64,000 nucleotides of DNA from positions 1-64,000 of the forward strand of contig LSRY02000073.1 of the NCBI GenBank assembly GCA_001643675.2, read 5' to 3'. Each line of letters begins with the position of its first letter. Position 1 is the stretch's first letter. Both the position numbers and the translations under genes were made by a program. Shown here piece by piece: positions 45,801 to 56,149 of this stretch. This stretch comes from Monocercomonoides exilis PA203 (Eukaryota > Protista > Preaxostyla). A model generated the notes under the pieces. The model worked only from the letters and a program-made list of their open reading frames with translations. It was not told the DNA's origin and did no database searches.

Positions 45801-48411
45801 GCAGAAGTGTTGGCGAAGTTGGAGACTTGGAGTCAGTGCGTGTTGAGTGTGGAGAGAGAGAAGAAGAGAAATTGTGATGCGGATGCTGAGGAGAGTGAGA
45901 AGAGGAGAAGGGAAGAGGAAGAGGAAGAGGAGGCGGAGAAGAAGAAGAAGAAGAAGATGATGATGATGATTGTGGGATTGGAGAGGTTGAAAAAGCAGGG
46001 GAAGGTGAATAAGCAGCTGGTGGAGTGGCCGAAGAAAGACGTGTTTGACGTGGCGAGAGAGAAGCTAAGTTGTGCGGCTGGTGAGGCTGAGGGGCAACAA
46101 TTGGGCTTTCTGTTGTTGATGTCACAAGAGAGAAAGAAGAAGCAGAGTCTGCATTTCCCTTTGGGTTTTCGATGGATGGAAGAGACGAACTAAACGGCCT
46201 CTGCAAAGTTGGAATGTTCTGCTCTTTTTCGTCGCTTTCTTTCTCTTCGATGAAAGTTGTGCTGTCTTCATTGAACTTCGTCTGGGCTGTTTCTGAGCAG
46301 CTTGACCAGATGGCATTCCAATCAGGGTGTGTCAAAGAGAGTCTGTTGATGACATGCCAAATGTTGTGTGTCAAAGTGACAGAAGAAGGGAAAAGCACGT
46401 CGAGTGAAGGAAAAGATGAGATGAAAGAAGAAGTTTGTGCGGATGAAGAAGAAGAAAAGCGATCAGATTGATGCAGTTCATTGTGCTTGTCTGATGTTTC
46501 TAAGTGACAATCTTCTATGAATTGCTGAAGCTGACTTCTGAATGCTGAAATGCAACAGCGTGCAGATGTCTCGCTGATTTTGTGGTGTGCTGTTTGAGAT
46601 GCTTCTCCTGAGTCATTTTCTTCTTCTTTCTTCTTCTTGTTGTTCATCTTCAATTCCTCATTGTTTTTCAACAAATCACATTGCTCAAATGGAGAAGATG
46701 AGGATGAATATGAAGATTCATCTCTTTTATCATTGTTATTGTTGTTACTGCTTCTGTTGTTTTCAATGTTCTTATTTGCTGACTCATCTGTTTTGCAGGC
46801 AGAACACGTTGAGTGGATGTCCCACAAATAGAGCAGTTTTGAGCAATTCTGACAGCGAAACAGATAAAATGAGAAGAAGAACAAAAAGAATGACGCTCTG
46901 AGGGAGTTTGCCTCGTCAACAGAAGAAGAAGCAGAAGATGATGATAAAGAAGAAGAGGTGGATGAAGGCGATGGTGTTGATGAAGGAGAAAGTGAAGAAA
47001 CTGAAAAGGAAGAAGAAGAAGAAGAAGGCGATTGTGGATGTGAAGTGGCTGAAGCATCCTGCGAAGTGGAAGAAGAAGCAGGCGAAGTGCAGTGAATTGA
47101 CTGTGTTTGAGGGGATGTTGCTGAAGAAGCAGAGAAAAGACACTTGAAAATCTGTGATTGATTGAAAGAGATGTCACAAGAGTGAGAATGGCAAGGATTT
47201 CTAGGGCATTCTGGCTGATGTGAATGGAGGGCAGTCAGCAGGCAGTGGCAGTGCTGGCAGCGGAAGAGAAAGCAACTTGATTCATTTGATAGCAACGATG
47301 CACTGTCTGAAACAGCTGAATCCTCATTCTTTGATGTGGAGAGCGGAGAATCTTGTTTGCTGGCTAATTCCTGATGCAGACCAGCTGCTTCCTTTGCGAG
47401 CTTTGCCATAAGCCGCAGGCGGATCATCCAAATGCGCCTGTTGATTCCGTCTCTCCGCCGCGGAAGCCTATCGATTTCAAACGGCGTCAGATGCGCTGTC
47501 AGTTTTGATAAAATTGAGTCGTTGAGCACAGAAAGGGAATACGGGAGTGACAGCATTGCTTGAAGTGGAGGCATTGATGAGATATCAGATAATTGTGATG
47601 ATGACGATGAGATAGAAGAGGACGAATTTATTGAAGGAGTTGTGAAGCGTTCTTCCGATTGATTAGATGAAGATGATAAATAGATTATGCAAGCAGTTTG
47701 AAGAGTTGGCATATCTAAAAACTGTGACGATAGAAGAACATTCACGAATGAAGGGATTTGAATAGTCTGTATGACTTTTAACCACTCAATTTCTGTTGGA
47801 GCCACATATGTTCTATGTTCAGCATCACATTTTTCTTTTTTTAATAAAATACATTTCATCAGCAATTCGAAAACAGACAAATCACATAGAATAACGCATT
47901 CATTACTCAAATGATTTGTTTGAATGGAGTCCACCGAATGAAAATATCCCATAGATGATACAAGTACTTTGTACTCGCACTCGAATGTTTTTGTGTTTCT
48001 GCTTTGTTCGTCGATAACATGAATTTTTATAATATTCCGTTTTTTGTCTTCTCGTGACGTAAATAAGCATGATTCTGAAGTATTCTCAAAAGCATAAGAT
48101 GTACTTTTCGTTGGTGTACTAATGTCTGAAAATTTTTTCTTTTTTCGAAGTTTAACTGGTATTTCTCTGTTGAAACTATTAAACGATGTTTTTGATAGAA
48201 GCTCTCTTACTTGGTCTGTGGAAATAACAGGCTCTGCGCTAGCAGATGAATTGTGCTGAATGAACTTTTTATTCTGATGATACAAGCAGGCATTGCTTTT
48301 TAAAGAATGTTTTTTAACTGGAGATAGAATTGGAGAAAGATTAACGGAAGGTGGTCCCATGATTTTGCTTGAGTATTGTCCAGATGATGTTTCGTGGACA
48401 CGCTCTGACAT
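42832..48411 (-). CDS. SANBR/KIAA1841 (DUF3342)-like BTB-type protein with long Ser-rich insertions, 1859 aa, intronless
   Basis: IKIHVIDE....KTFEC....LVSSMGYF, ILCDLSVFELLMK, VNVLLSSQFLDM..L...CI.Y, LFRCQHC and a C-terminal LQETDAQRLRMM...L.QLR resemble conserved KIAA1841 blocks. Confidence 0.82.
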   Translation of the reverse strand: MSERVHETSSGQYSSKIMGPPSVNLSPILSPVKKHSLKSNACLYHQNKKFIQHNSSASAEPVISTDQVRELLSKTSFNSFNREIPVKLRKKKKFSDISTPTKSTSYAFENTSESCLFTSREDKKRNIIKIHVIDEQSRNTKTFECEYKVLVSSMGYFHSVDSIQTNHLSNECVILCDLSVFELLMKCILLKKEKCDAEHRTYVAPTEIEWLKVIQTIQIPSFVNVLLSSQFLDMPTLQTACIIYLSSSSNQSEERFTTPSINSSSSISSSSSQLSDISSMPPLQAMLSLPYSLSVLNDSILSKLTAHLTPFEIDRLPRRRDGINRRIWMIRLRLMAKLAKEAAGLHQELASKQDSPLSTSKNEDSAVSDSASLLSNESSCFLFRCQHCHCLLTALHSHQPECPRNPCHSHSCDISFNQSQIFKCLFSASSATSPQTQSIHCTSPASSSTSQDASATSHPQSPSSSSSSFSVSSLSPSSTPSPSSTSSSLSSSSASSSVDEANSLRASFFLFFFSFYLFRCQNCSKLLYLWDIHSTCSACKTDESANKNIENNRSSNNNNNDKRDESSYSSSSSPFEQCDLLKNNEELKMNNKKKKEEENDSGEASQTAHHKISETSARCCISAFRSQLQQFIEDCHLETSDKHNELHQSDRFSSSSSAQTSSFISSFPSLDVLFPSSVTLTHNIWHVINRLSLTHPDWNAIWSSCSETAQTKFNEDSTTFIEEKESDEKEQNIPTLQRPFSSSLPSIENPKGNADSASSFSLVTSTTESPIVAPQPHQPHNLASLSPRQTRLSSATPPAAYSPSPAFSTSPIPQSSSSSSSSSSSPPPLPLPLPFSSSHSPQHPHHNFSSSLSPHSTRTDSKSPTSPTLLPLLRHESQRSSQKEMLFGSSSISSSSSSSSSSPPLFTSSSSSSSSSSIHHSNVRPSSSGSSPHVPHLPLQSVRTHSSPFSSTSSVSISSSCFSSPQTTSRGIRLYSASSSSPLQPVDASNTTSSFTLSTNQSTSSILSSSVTQRISSRPSSSSSSSSSSLSSISPHSLPSPSPQTNTQINNNLLSSSSTSSSLSSSSPSSSSSSSSSSSSSSSSTTLAPIVSSSSRSIRTPLRIHHKTASDSSLISKVGFSRTTTASSTRPSLSPSAFSTRNNMQRRQLSAIRPSSPSKLQSQRVSSAHPQSMFTSSSSSSSSSSSSNASSSSATSTSVSYARRNSISSSTSSSSSSSSSSSAPISSSPSISSGRRLSADISPSLSSSAISPKSPSLSSLPLTPTTPLAVPFQNVEWALFLFPPTSSFYSSNVLPTHNFDILSNGCFSSTSPQMPQTPQLKMAPLSAFTQAFADNGRERERERELNEEHKRPNSSSRLKQKESEKDSFAVIPMRNRGNELAQSPISTPSQSTMALSSSVSVCLLYPSLNTLFPQQTFSQLESEPKEEKSKRRWSGTRRPASQMKKKKENSTSPTYPSATLGSSSSSPSPSAASNTTTSVTAKKLPAISQSESNSSSIVPIERKITSASDSTTSAIIRSSSSSSSNSSLLFSLNFDYDFLNSFVPPPYLVSFLTKQVWKAAPKKSKDDDEDEDEEEEEEEEEDDDANENDEVASTTQRRWSGTLKVGVNKAKPSSSALPNRRLSGSSIQNEADDSDSDNNDEGEDKSPLSFCALNPPTPAGGLQASSYSSYSEYAAASSSYSSSSHSQPKQPEETRTLSSTSSLRDFYIYESLLQETDAQRLRMMRTRLTQLRTEALFPKRAQEQAKMLKEKEKEKEREREKAKEGEKVVGKRRSPSPFKPSSTSSSSSSSSSVSPQPGKRPVELKTLFKELPSVIFQENGTTILDKERWELIRREEEKAKLILKKQKEKEKAKWLTKHG

Positions 48412-48499
48412 TAGGAGCTATCTCGCTTTAATGTCAAAAAGCTCTCAACTTTATTATTCTAATTTTTTATGTAATGGGTTATTCGAAAAAAACATGATA

Positions 48500-50651
48500 C
48501 AGTCTGTCCGTAATTAATGTTGATCTGTCCAAAAACAATGTTGATCAAACCTTCAATTGTGTTCAATTTTTAAAACCTTAATATCTGATAATAACAGTGA
48601 TTAAATATCTCTATGAGCAATATTTATTTATTGGATGCTCGAACAACACAAAAAAATTTTTTGATCACTCAAAATGTACCAACTGCTGAAGAATATTGTG
48701 TCAGGCCAGTCACAATGCCCTTCACTCATCCCCTAGAAGATAGAATTCACCATGTTATTCGTATGAGAGCAGAATTGAAGAAAAAAGAAACCGAAGCACA
48801 TAAAAGCGAACAAATACAGAAAGCTAATGATTCTGAAACGTTTATCAACAAAAAACCCTACACTCCAGCCACATTGGAAAAAAGAAGAAAACTTACGGAT
48901 TTGTTTCGTATTCATGGTCATACAAAAACAGAATCGTGGTATGCCAAAGAATGCTTGCTAACAACAATTACAACTACAAGGTATTTATCAAAGTTACAAG
49001 TCGGTGTGGACATTACACAACCGTTTATAAAAAGAGGAAGGAAAAGAATAGTCGATAATGAAACTTTGAACAAGATAGTTAGAGAAAAAATGAAACTTAA
49101 CCCGCTAACAACTTTGAGAAAAGTTGCACACGAAATGACAAATGCAGGCCATTCTATTGGGAAATCTTCGGTTCATAATATTTTGACAGAAAGAAACAGC
49201 GATACACACAAGTTTCCGTTGTTTTCTTTTAAAAGAATTACTGTGCGACCGTCAGCTGGAAATTCAGAAGAAAATAAACTCCAAAGAATACACTTTGTGG
49301 AGAAGCTTTTCCAATATCAGCGGGACTGTGCTATTCCTTTTTTTATTGACGAGACTTCTTGGAACATAAGCTGCATTAGAAAGTACGGATGGTCGGAAAA
49401 GGGGGATAAAGTGCTTGTTCCTCCTCCTCCTTTGTTTCAATCTATCGCTGCTATTTCTTCAATCTCAATGAACGGAATGGGATACACAGAAGTGGTTCGA
49501 GGAACAATAAACCACGAACTATTTGAAGCGTATTTGAAAAGATTCTTGCTATCCATAAAATCATTTGAATCTTCAGTTATTGTCATGGACAATGCGTCGA
49601 TTCATCATGTGAATACTGATGAAATTATTTTACAGTCTGGACACAAAGTTCTGTTTAATGCTGCTTACTCCCCTGATCTGAATCCTATAGAAATCATTTT
49701 TGGAATCTGGAAAGCCAAAGTTGAAGAAAACTCGTTGAAATGGGAGGATGAGTCTCATTTTATATCAACAATGCTTCAAACTTTTCAGAAAATTTCAGCA
49801 CGCGAAGTTAGAAAAACAATCATGCATGTGGAAAACGATGTGTGGCCTTTGGTTTTGGAAAAAAAGGATTTGTAATGTTTTTCTAACAATCTTTGACTTT
49901 TTTCATTTCAACCAGTTTTAACATTTTCTATATTCACCAATAAAACAAAAGAAATCATAATAATCATGAATATTCTTTGTTTTGTTTTTAAGTTAAAAAA
50001 ATCGATTGAATTAAAAATGAAAATGATAAAAAAGTTTTTATGTTTCATATTTCTCTATTTATAAATCGAAATAAAGTCAGACATATTCCAATGATAAAAT
50101 ATACAAACAATAATTGTGAATGTGAATATTCACTAAAAAATAAAGTAATTCTTGAATAAAAATCATGAATGCTAAATATTTACCCAAATTGCAAATTTCG
50201 TTATGTAAATAAATAAAGTTGAACATAAAATATTTGATTCCGAACCTTCAAGTCAATGTTGATACAAAAGGATGGTTAGAATAAAATAGATGAAAGCTCA
50301 TTCCACTCTTAGGAAGTTTGAAACAAAACATAATTTCAATTTGATAATTTCTTGTTTATAAAAACTGAAGGTTATTGAAAGATAAAGAAATAAAAAATAG
50401 AAACACAATCTAACATTAATCACAAAGGAACAATCAAAATGAAACGCAAACGTGAATGCAACGTGTGTATTTTCATTTATTGTATCTCAATTGTCAATCA
50501 TTTTAAAGAAACAATTAAAAAGAAACCAGTTTGTAAACACTTCTTCTTTTGTTTTCATCCTCTATTAATAATGGCTCTGCAATTATTTTTTAACTTTACG
50601 GTATGATCAACATTATTTTTGGACAGATCAACATTAATTACGGACAGACTG
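48500..50651 (+). mobile_element. IS630/Tc1-type DNA transposon, copy A (intact), ~52-bp TIRs, TA TSD
   Basis: TIR cagtctgtccgtaattaatgttgatctgtcc... starting 48500 and inverted ending 50651; TA at 48498-99 and 50652-53. Confidence 0.96.
48613..49875 (+). CDS. DDE_3 (IS630/Tc1-like) transposase, DD33E, 420 aa, uninterrupted
   Basis: KRGRKR plus HTH (NPLTTLRKVAHEM...IGKSSVHNIL); FFIDETSW, VIVMDNASIHH, YSPDLNPIE..FG.WK. Confidence 0.95.
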   Translation: MSNIYLLDARTTQKNFLITQNVPTAEEYCVRPVTMPFTHPLEDRIHHVIRMRAELKKKETEAHKSEQIQKANDSETFINKKPYTPATLEKRRKLTDLFRIHGHTKTESWYAKECLLTTITTTRYLSKLQVGVDITQPFIKRGRKRIVDNETLNKIVREKMKLNPLTTLRKVAHEMTNAGHSIGKSSVHNILTERNSDTHKFPLFSFKRITVRPSAGNSEENKLQRIHFVEKLFQYQRDCAIPFFIDETSWNISCIRKYGWSEKGDKVLVPPPPLFQSIAAISSISMNGMGYTEVVRGTINHELFEAYLKRFLLSIKSFESSVIVMDNASIHHVNTDEIILQSGHKVLFNAAYSPDLNPIEIIFGIWKAKVEENSLKWEDESHFISTMLQTFQKISAREVRKTIMHVENDVWPLVLEKKDL

Positions 50652-50765
50652 TACAGTCTGTCCGTAATTAATGTTGATCTGTCCGAAAAAAAAGTTGATC
50701 ATTCCATATTAACAATTTTTTTTATTACCCAAAATACATTGCATTTGTCATTAGGACTTAGAAAA

Positions 50766-52278
50766 ATGGAATATATTCAAATTATTGATGCGAGAACGAA
50801 GGAAAAAAGAATAGAAGTTGCACAATCCACACCCAATCTTGAGGAATATCGTGTAAAACCGATTTTTCTTCCAGTCATTCATCCAGTTGAATTTCAACTG
50901 AGCCAATTAATAAAATTGAAGGCGCATTTGATGGATAAAGAAAAACAAGAATGACAAAGAAAAATCGAAGAGCTGAGAAATGGAAAAACAAATAAAGAAA
51001 ATGAGAAGAAAAATCCCTTCACGCCAGCTGCATTTGCAAAAAGAAAAAAATTAGCAGAATTATACAGAATTCATGGCCAGCAGAAAACGGAAAATTGGTA
51101 CGCAAATCAATGCACATTAACTCCCGTCACAACATCCAAATATTCCACAAAGCTTCGAATCGGAATTGACATAACTTTACCGCTTGGACAAAAAGGAAGG
51201 AAAAAAAAGGTGAACAATGAAATCTTCAACAAAATTGTGAGAGAGAAAATTAAAGCTAATCCTCTAACTTCTGTGAGACAAATTGCAAAAGAATTGTCTA
51301 CAACTGGGTTACCAATTGGAAAAACATCTGTTCTCCACATATTGTCTGAATCCAATTTTAATCAACTGGAATTTCCTTTGTTTTCATTTTAAAGAGTAAC
51401 AATAAGGCCTTTTGAATCCAATTCTTATGAATATGTGTAATTCTTTTTGAAAAGTCGCAAATGTTTAATTTTCAATGAAATCGAAATATTCATTATTTGC
51501 TCAAATATCCGTTTTTATACACAAAACTTCACTTATATGGAATCTATTTCTGGATAATGCTATTTCAAACATTTTTAAGAATATTCATGAGTGGAAACAG
51601 AAATTTGAGCCAAATATGAAATTTTTGATTTATTTGGAAATTAAACATATGCGACTTTTCAAAAACAATTACACATATAAAAAATTACGAATTGTTTTTG
51701 TGGAGCATTTATTTCACTATCAAAAGGATGGAACAAAAATAATTAACATGGACGAAACTTCGTGGAACATCGATTGCATCAGAAGATATGGCTGGGCCAA
51801 AAAGGGAGAAAAATTACTTGTGCCGCCTCCTCCAATCACTCAGTCTATAACAGGAATAACGTCAATATCACACGATGGGATGGACTTCACTGAGCTAATT
51901 CGAGGATCTGTCACTCATGAAATTTTTGAGTCATATTTGAAAAGGTTTTTAATGACTATAAAGGATGAAGATTCATCCGTCGTAGTGATGGATAATGCTT
52001 CTATTCACCATGTTCATGTGGATGAAATCATTCGAGAAGCTGGGCATTTTGCACTGTTCAATGCAGCATATTCACCGGAATTAAATCCGATAGAAAATAT
52101 CTTTAGCATATGGAAGCAAAAGGCAGAAGGAAATTCTCTCAGATGGGAAGGTGAAGATCATTTTATAGCAACTCTATTGAAGGCTTTTAAAGAAATATCG
52201 TCTCGTGTTTTTAGAAGATCAATAATGTACGTCGAAAACGAAGTCTGGCCTCGAGTTCTCGAAAAAAAGGATTTATGA
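50766..52278 (+). pseudogene. DD33E transposase of copy B, with stops at 50952 and 51390 and a MITE insertion
   Basis: Colinear with copy A (MEYIQIIDART..., NMDETSW, VVMDNASIHH, YSPELNPIE, VWPRVLEKKDL). Confidence 0.93.
51434..51675. mobile_element. ~242-bp MITE inserted in the copy B transposase
   Basis: ~42-bp imperfect TIRs (tgtgtaattctttttgaaaagtcgca... / ...tgcgacttttcaaaaacaattacaca); TA or ATAT duplication; removing it restores the frame gaa tat aaa aaa tta cga. Confidence 0.9.
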
Positions 52279-54154
52279 ACATTCATTTTTATTTTTTATT
52301 CATTTCGAATTGATTTTCTCGTTTTTCAATTTCACAATTTTTCAAACAGAAAGCAAAGAATAAGAAACTAATAGCTTGTTTTTTTTATTAAAAAATTGTT
52401 TGTTAAATGAATAAATCTGAAAATTGAAAAATCACACAGAGAATTTTTTATTCCAAAATACGGAGGTTGTAATATTTCTATTGAAATACTCCAATACAAA
52501 TGTTTCTTCAAAATAAATGCAGTTCGCAACTTCTTATTTTTCATAAACTGTGGAAATGATTGCAATTCGATGTTTAACTTTCAAATTTGAATAATGAAGT
52601 GAAAAAAATATAATGAAAATTGAAAAGACTTTTTAATTAATTCGTCATATTTGTTTTCAAAGAATAAACACTATATTAGTTAAATCATAAATTGTTTGAA
52701 CATATATTTTCAGTAGAATCATCAACAAACAAAAACAACAACAAACAAACACAGCTCTCAGGATTAATTAACTTCTCCATTATCTTCATTAATTTCCGAT
52801 TCATCTTCACGCTAAATGGAATAAATCTTTAAAAAATATTAATGCAGTAATGAAATCAAGCATAATCAAACTTTTACACACTTTTACACTATCAATTGCA
52901 TTGTTAAAAGTGAAAAACGCTGAAATGCAAGATGTTTATTCCTTTTTTCTTTCCATTTGTAAAGAAGATGTTTGAAAAATATTGAAATATGGTTGCAAAG
53001 TTCATTTCATATCATGGTATGATCAACTTTTTTTTCGGACAGATCAACTTTATTTCCGGTCAGACTGTAATTATTTTCATGATGAAAAATGTTGTTATTT
53101 GTTTTGTTTGCTTTGGAAAAAGCAAACGGAATAAAAAGATTTTGTTTGTTATTGTTTTACTTATTCAACAATAAAAGAAAAAAATAATTTTTCTTCGAAA
53201 AAATTGTTGTGGGATAAATATGAAATGTTCAAAGATAATAAAATTGTGCAAAAAAAAGATAATCGCAATATTGTCAATTAAACATCTGCGTTACATACCT
53301 TCTGAAGTGAACATTTTTGGAGTGACATGACGAAACAGAAATAAATATTATTCACTCATTTAAATTAAAAATTTTGAAATTAAAAATTGAAATGCAAAGA
53401 AAAATTGAAATATATTAGTGATTATCTTTGAAATCATAACTTTTTTCGGTGTAATGATTTCTCCAATATTGTTTGATATTGGGAAAAGATTTTGTATTCA
53501 AATGCTAAAATTATCACAACTGTTTCAAAAACAAATGCTTTCACTGCAATGAAAAAGAAGATATTTTGAATAAACCTATTCATGTTTTTTTTGTGTTTTT
53601 ATGTTGATGTATTAAATGAATACTTAAAAACGAAATTATTTGATTGAGATAATATGATTTCAAAAATAATCACACATATTTTAATTTTATTAAATATAAT
53701 TTTGTGTTTCAAAAAAAAAATTATTATTATTTTGTTATTGTTCATTTTCAATTCAATATAATGAACAATGGGTTGTATCGTGATCTTTTTTTGTGGTATA
53801 AATACAACGTCACAAACGTCACTGTCTGTCACTGACGTAATTAAAGTCAGGAAGTCGTTTTTTCAAATGTTTTTGTTTTTTTCAGGTTGAAAATATTCTT
53901 TAATACAGTTTTTAACTTCACAAAGTCATCCAATTATTGTTAGTAAATAATTTATATTTTTTTAATTTTTCTTTAGTATTTTTTCTAATTCTTTTTGATA
54001 AAAAAGCAGGTTTTTCACAAGGAGGTGGATCAAACTGACGAGATGCTTATTTAAACATAAACAATTATTGAATTTCACATACTGAGTGTCAGATACAAAT
54101 ATGTTTTCGGGTGAAATTGTGTGTGCTATTGTGTGAACGGTAAATGCGTTTTCC

Positions 54155-55402
54155 TTGTTCAGCGATGTGCAGATGGGCGACTGTACAGGACACAAAAAGC
54201 TGCGGCTGTGGCTGGGGCTGGGGACGCACAGGCAAAGCTTTGTGTGGAACTCGGGGCCTGCGGGAAGGGAAATGTTTGTGGAGTGCCTGAACATATGGCA
54301 GCAGGCGCGCGACTTGGAGTTCACACTGAAAAGCGAGCAGCATGAAGGAGCGAGCCGGAACGAGATCGGAGGATGCGACGAGCTTGTGGAATGTGTGGAG
54401 GAAAATGAGATGGATCTGTTTGAGGAAATCCGACTCCTGTGGGATAGGGAATTGCTTGCATCTTCAACGGCAGGAGGCAGGACATAGCAGCGGATGTGCT
54501 GGACGCAAGATGCGGAGGAGGAGCGTCTGCGCAACGAGTCGGAGAAGACACAGTATGTGGTGGGATATCTTCTGATATTTGGAGAAGAGAGTTGGATGCT
54601 GTGTTCGCAAAGGAAGAGGCTGCTTGTGATTGAGAAGTGCGATGTGAGGGGGAATGTTCAGAGCCAGAGCGAGCAGGATGTGATTTGGAAAAAAGTGCAA
54701 GTGTGGAGGGTGCTTGAGCAGTGTATCCACATTTCCATTCACTTATGCACGGGGCAGATAAGGAAGAACGTGTGACAACATGTCAGTTTAATAACATTGG
54801 AAAGATCACCTGGCTTCTAGGGAACAGGAGGATAGGCTCGGATGTGATAGAGGAGAACTGGGCAGAAGAGGAGGCGGTGCTCAGGCTGAGTGTTCGAGCG
54901 AGGATCTGACTGCGGAGTTGTGGGCAGGGGATGAAGGAGAATAATGAAGTACAGTGGACGTGCTTGATGAAGGAGGTGAGGGAAATGCGACAGCACGGAT
55001 TGTTCTGAAGTGGAAAGGTGAAGTGGCACATTGGAGGCAGAGTCGGAGTTTGGAGCAGAGAAGGAAGTGTGTCGTGTGAAGGGGTGGGAGGATGAGTGGT
55101 GGATGATGGAGGAGATTCTTGCAGGAGAAAGAGGATGGGGAAGAGGGGAAAGCTCAGCAATAATTTTATCTGTGTTTGATGCATTGATTAAGCAGTGCCT
55201 GAGCATGGAGGAAGGAGAGCGGCCTTCGCTGAACGAGATCAAGTTGGAGCTCACGAACTCATTTGAGGTGTGGTCATTGAAGCTGAGCGGAGAGCAGGCA
55301 CTTGAAAATTGCGAGGAAGAAAATGAAGAGGAGATTGAAGAAGAGAAGGAAAAAGAAGAAGAAGAGGAGGAGGAAGGAGAAAAAGAAAAAGAAGCAAGAT
55401 AA
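54155..55402 (+). pseudogene. Decayed receptor/TKL-kinase-like gene fragment
   Basis: GC-rich island of broken ORFs ending in subdomain-XI-like LIKQCLSMEEGERPSLNEIK and an acidic tail. Confidence 0.55.
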
Positions 55403-55913
55403 AGATAAAGATAAAGAAAGATGAAGAAAATCAAAAAGTTTGAAACGAATCAATTCGATGGACACTAACTTTTTATTTGTTCATGGTCAAAACTCTCACA
55501 AAGGATCAGAGCAACAGTTATATGAAAACAACAAATAAAAATAATAAGAGACTTATATTGTCATGAACTTTTAATACAAATCAAATTGTTTTAAACCATT
55601 TGAATAACATAGTATTTTTATTCTTATTCATGGATAATAAATGTCTTATGTCAATTATTATTTAAAGACGACATATCAAATGATTTTTTTGTTAAAATAT
55701 TCAACTGAAAAATGAAAAGGAATAAATTGTCTCTTGCGAATTGCCAAAAAGCAATATTAAATCATGAAAATTAAGTCTTTCGAAGAAAAAATTTGTTGAA
55801 AATGAAAAATCACTTTCATTTAAAGTTTTTAAAATAAGAATAAGAATAAAAATGAGACACTGAAAATATAGCTTTTAAAACATTTTAAACTGAATTGGAA
55901 AATTATGATGTGT

Positions 55914-56149
55914 CAAAATTTTTTTGAAAAATTCCTTTTGTTTCATTTTCAAATAAAATAGAAATTACATATTTTCATCAAATTTCTATTCTCACTCACC
56001 AAAATTCGCTGTCATGAAAACAAAATCTGAACAATATTCTTATTTTCATTCTTGAAAAGTTTCGTGAGTGAGAACAGAAATATGATGAAAATATGGAATT
56101 TCTATTTTATTTGAAAATGAAACAAAAGGAATTTTTCAAAAAAATTTTG
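55914..56149. repeat. Hairpin/MITE-like element with ~86-bp near-perfect arms and a ~64-bp spacer
   Basis: 55914-55999 is the reverse complement of 56064-56149 with few mismatches. Confidence 0.92.

Larger units (their letters stand above)
50654..53067 (+). mobile_element. IS630/Tc1-type DNA transposon, copy B (related but diverged), TA TSD
   Basis: Left TIR starts 50654; right TIR ...cggacagatcaactttatttccggtcagactg ends 53067, followed by TA. Confidence 0.94.
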
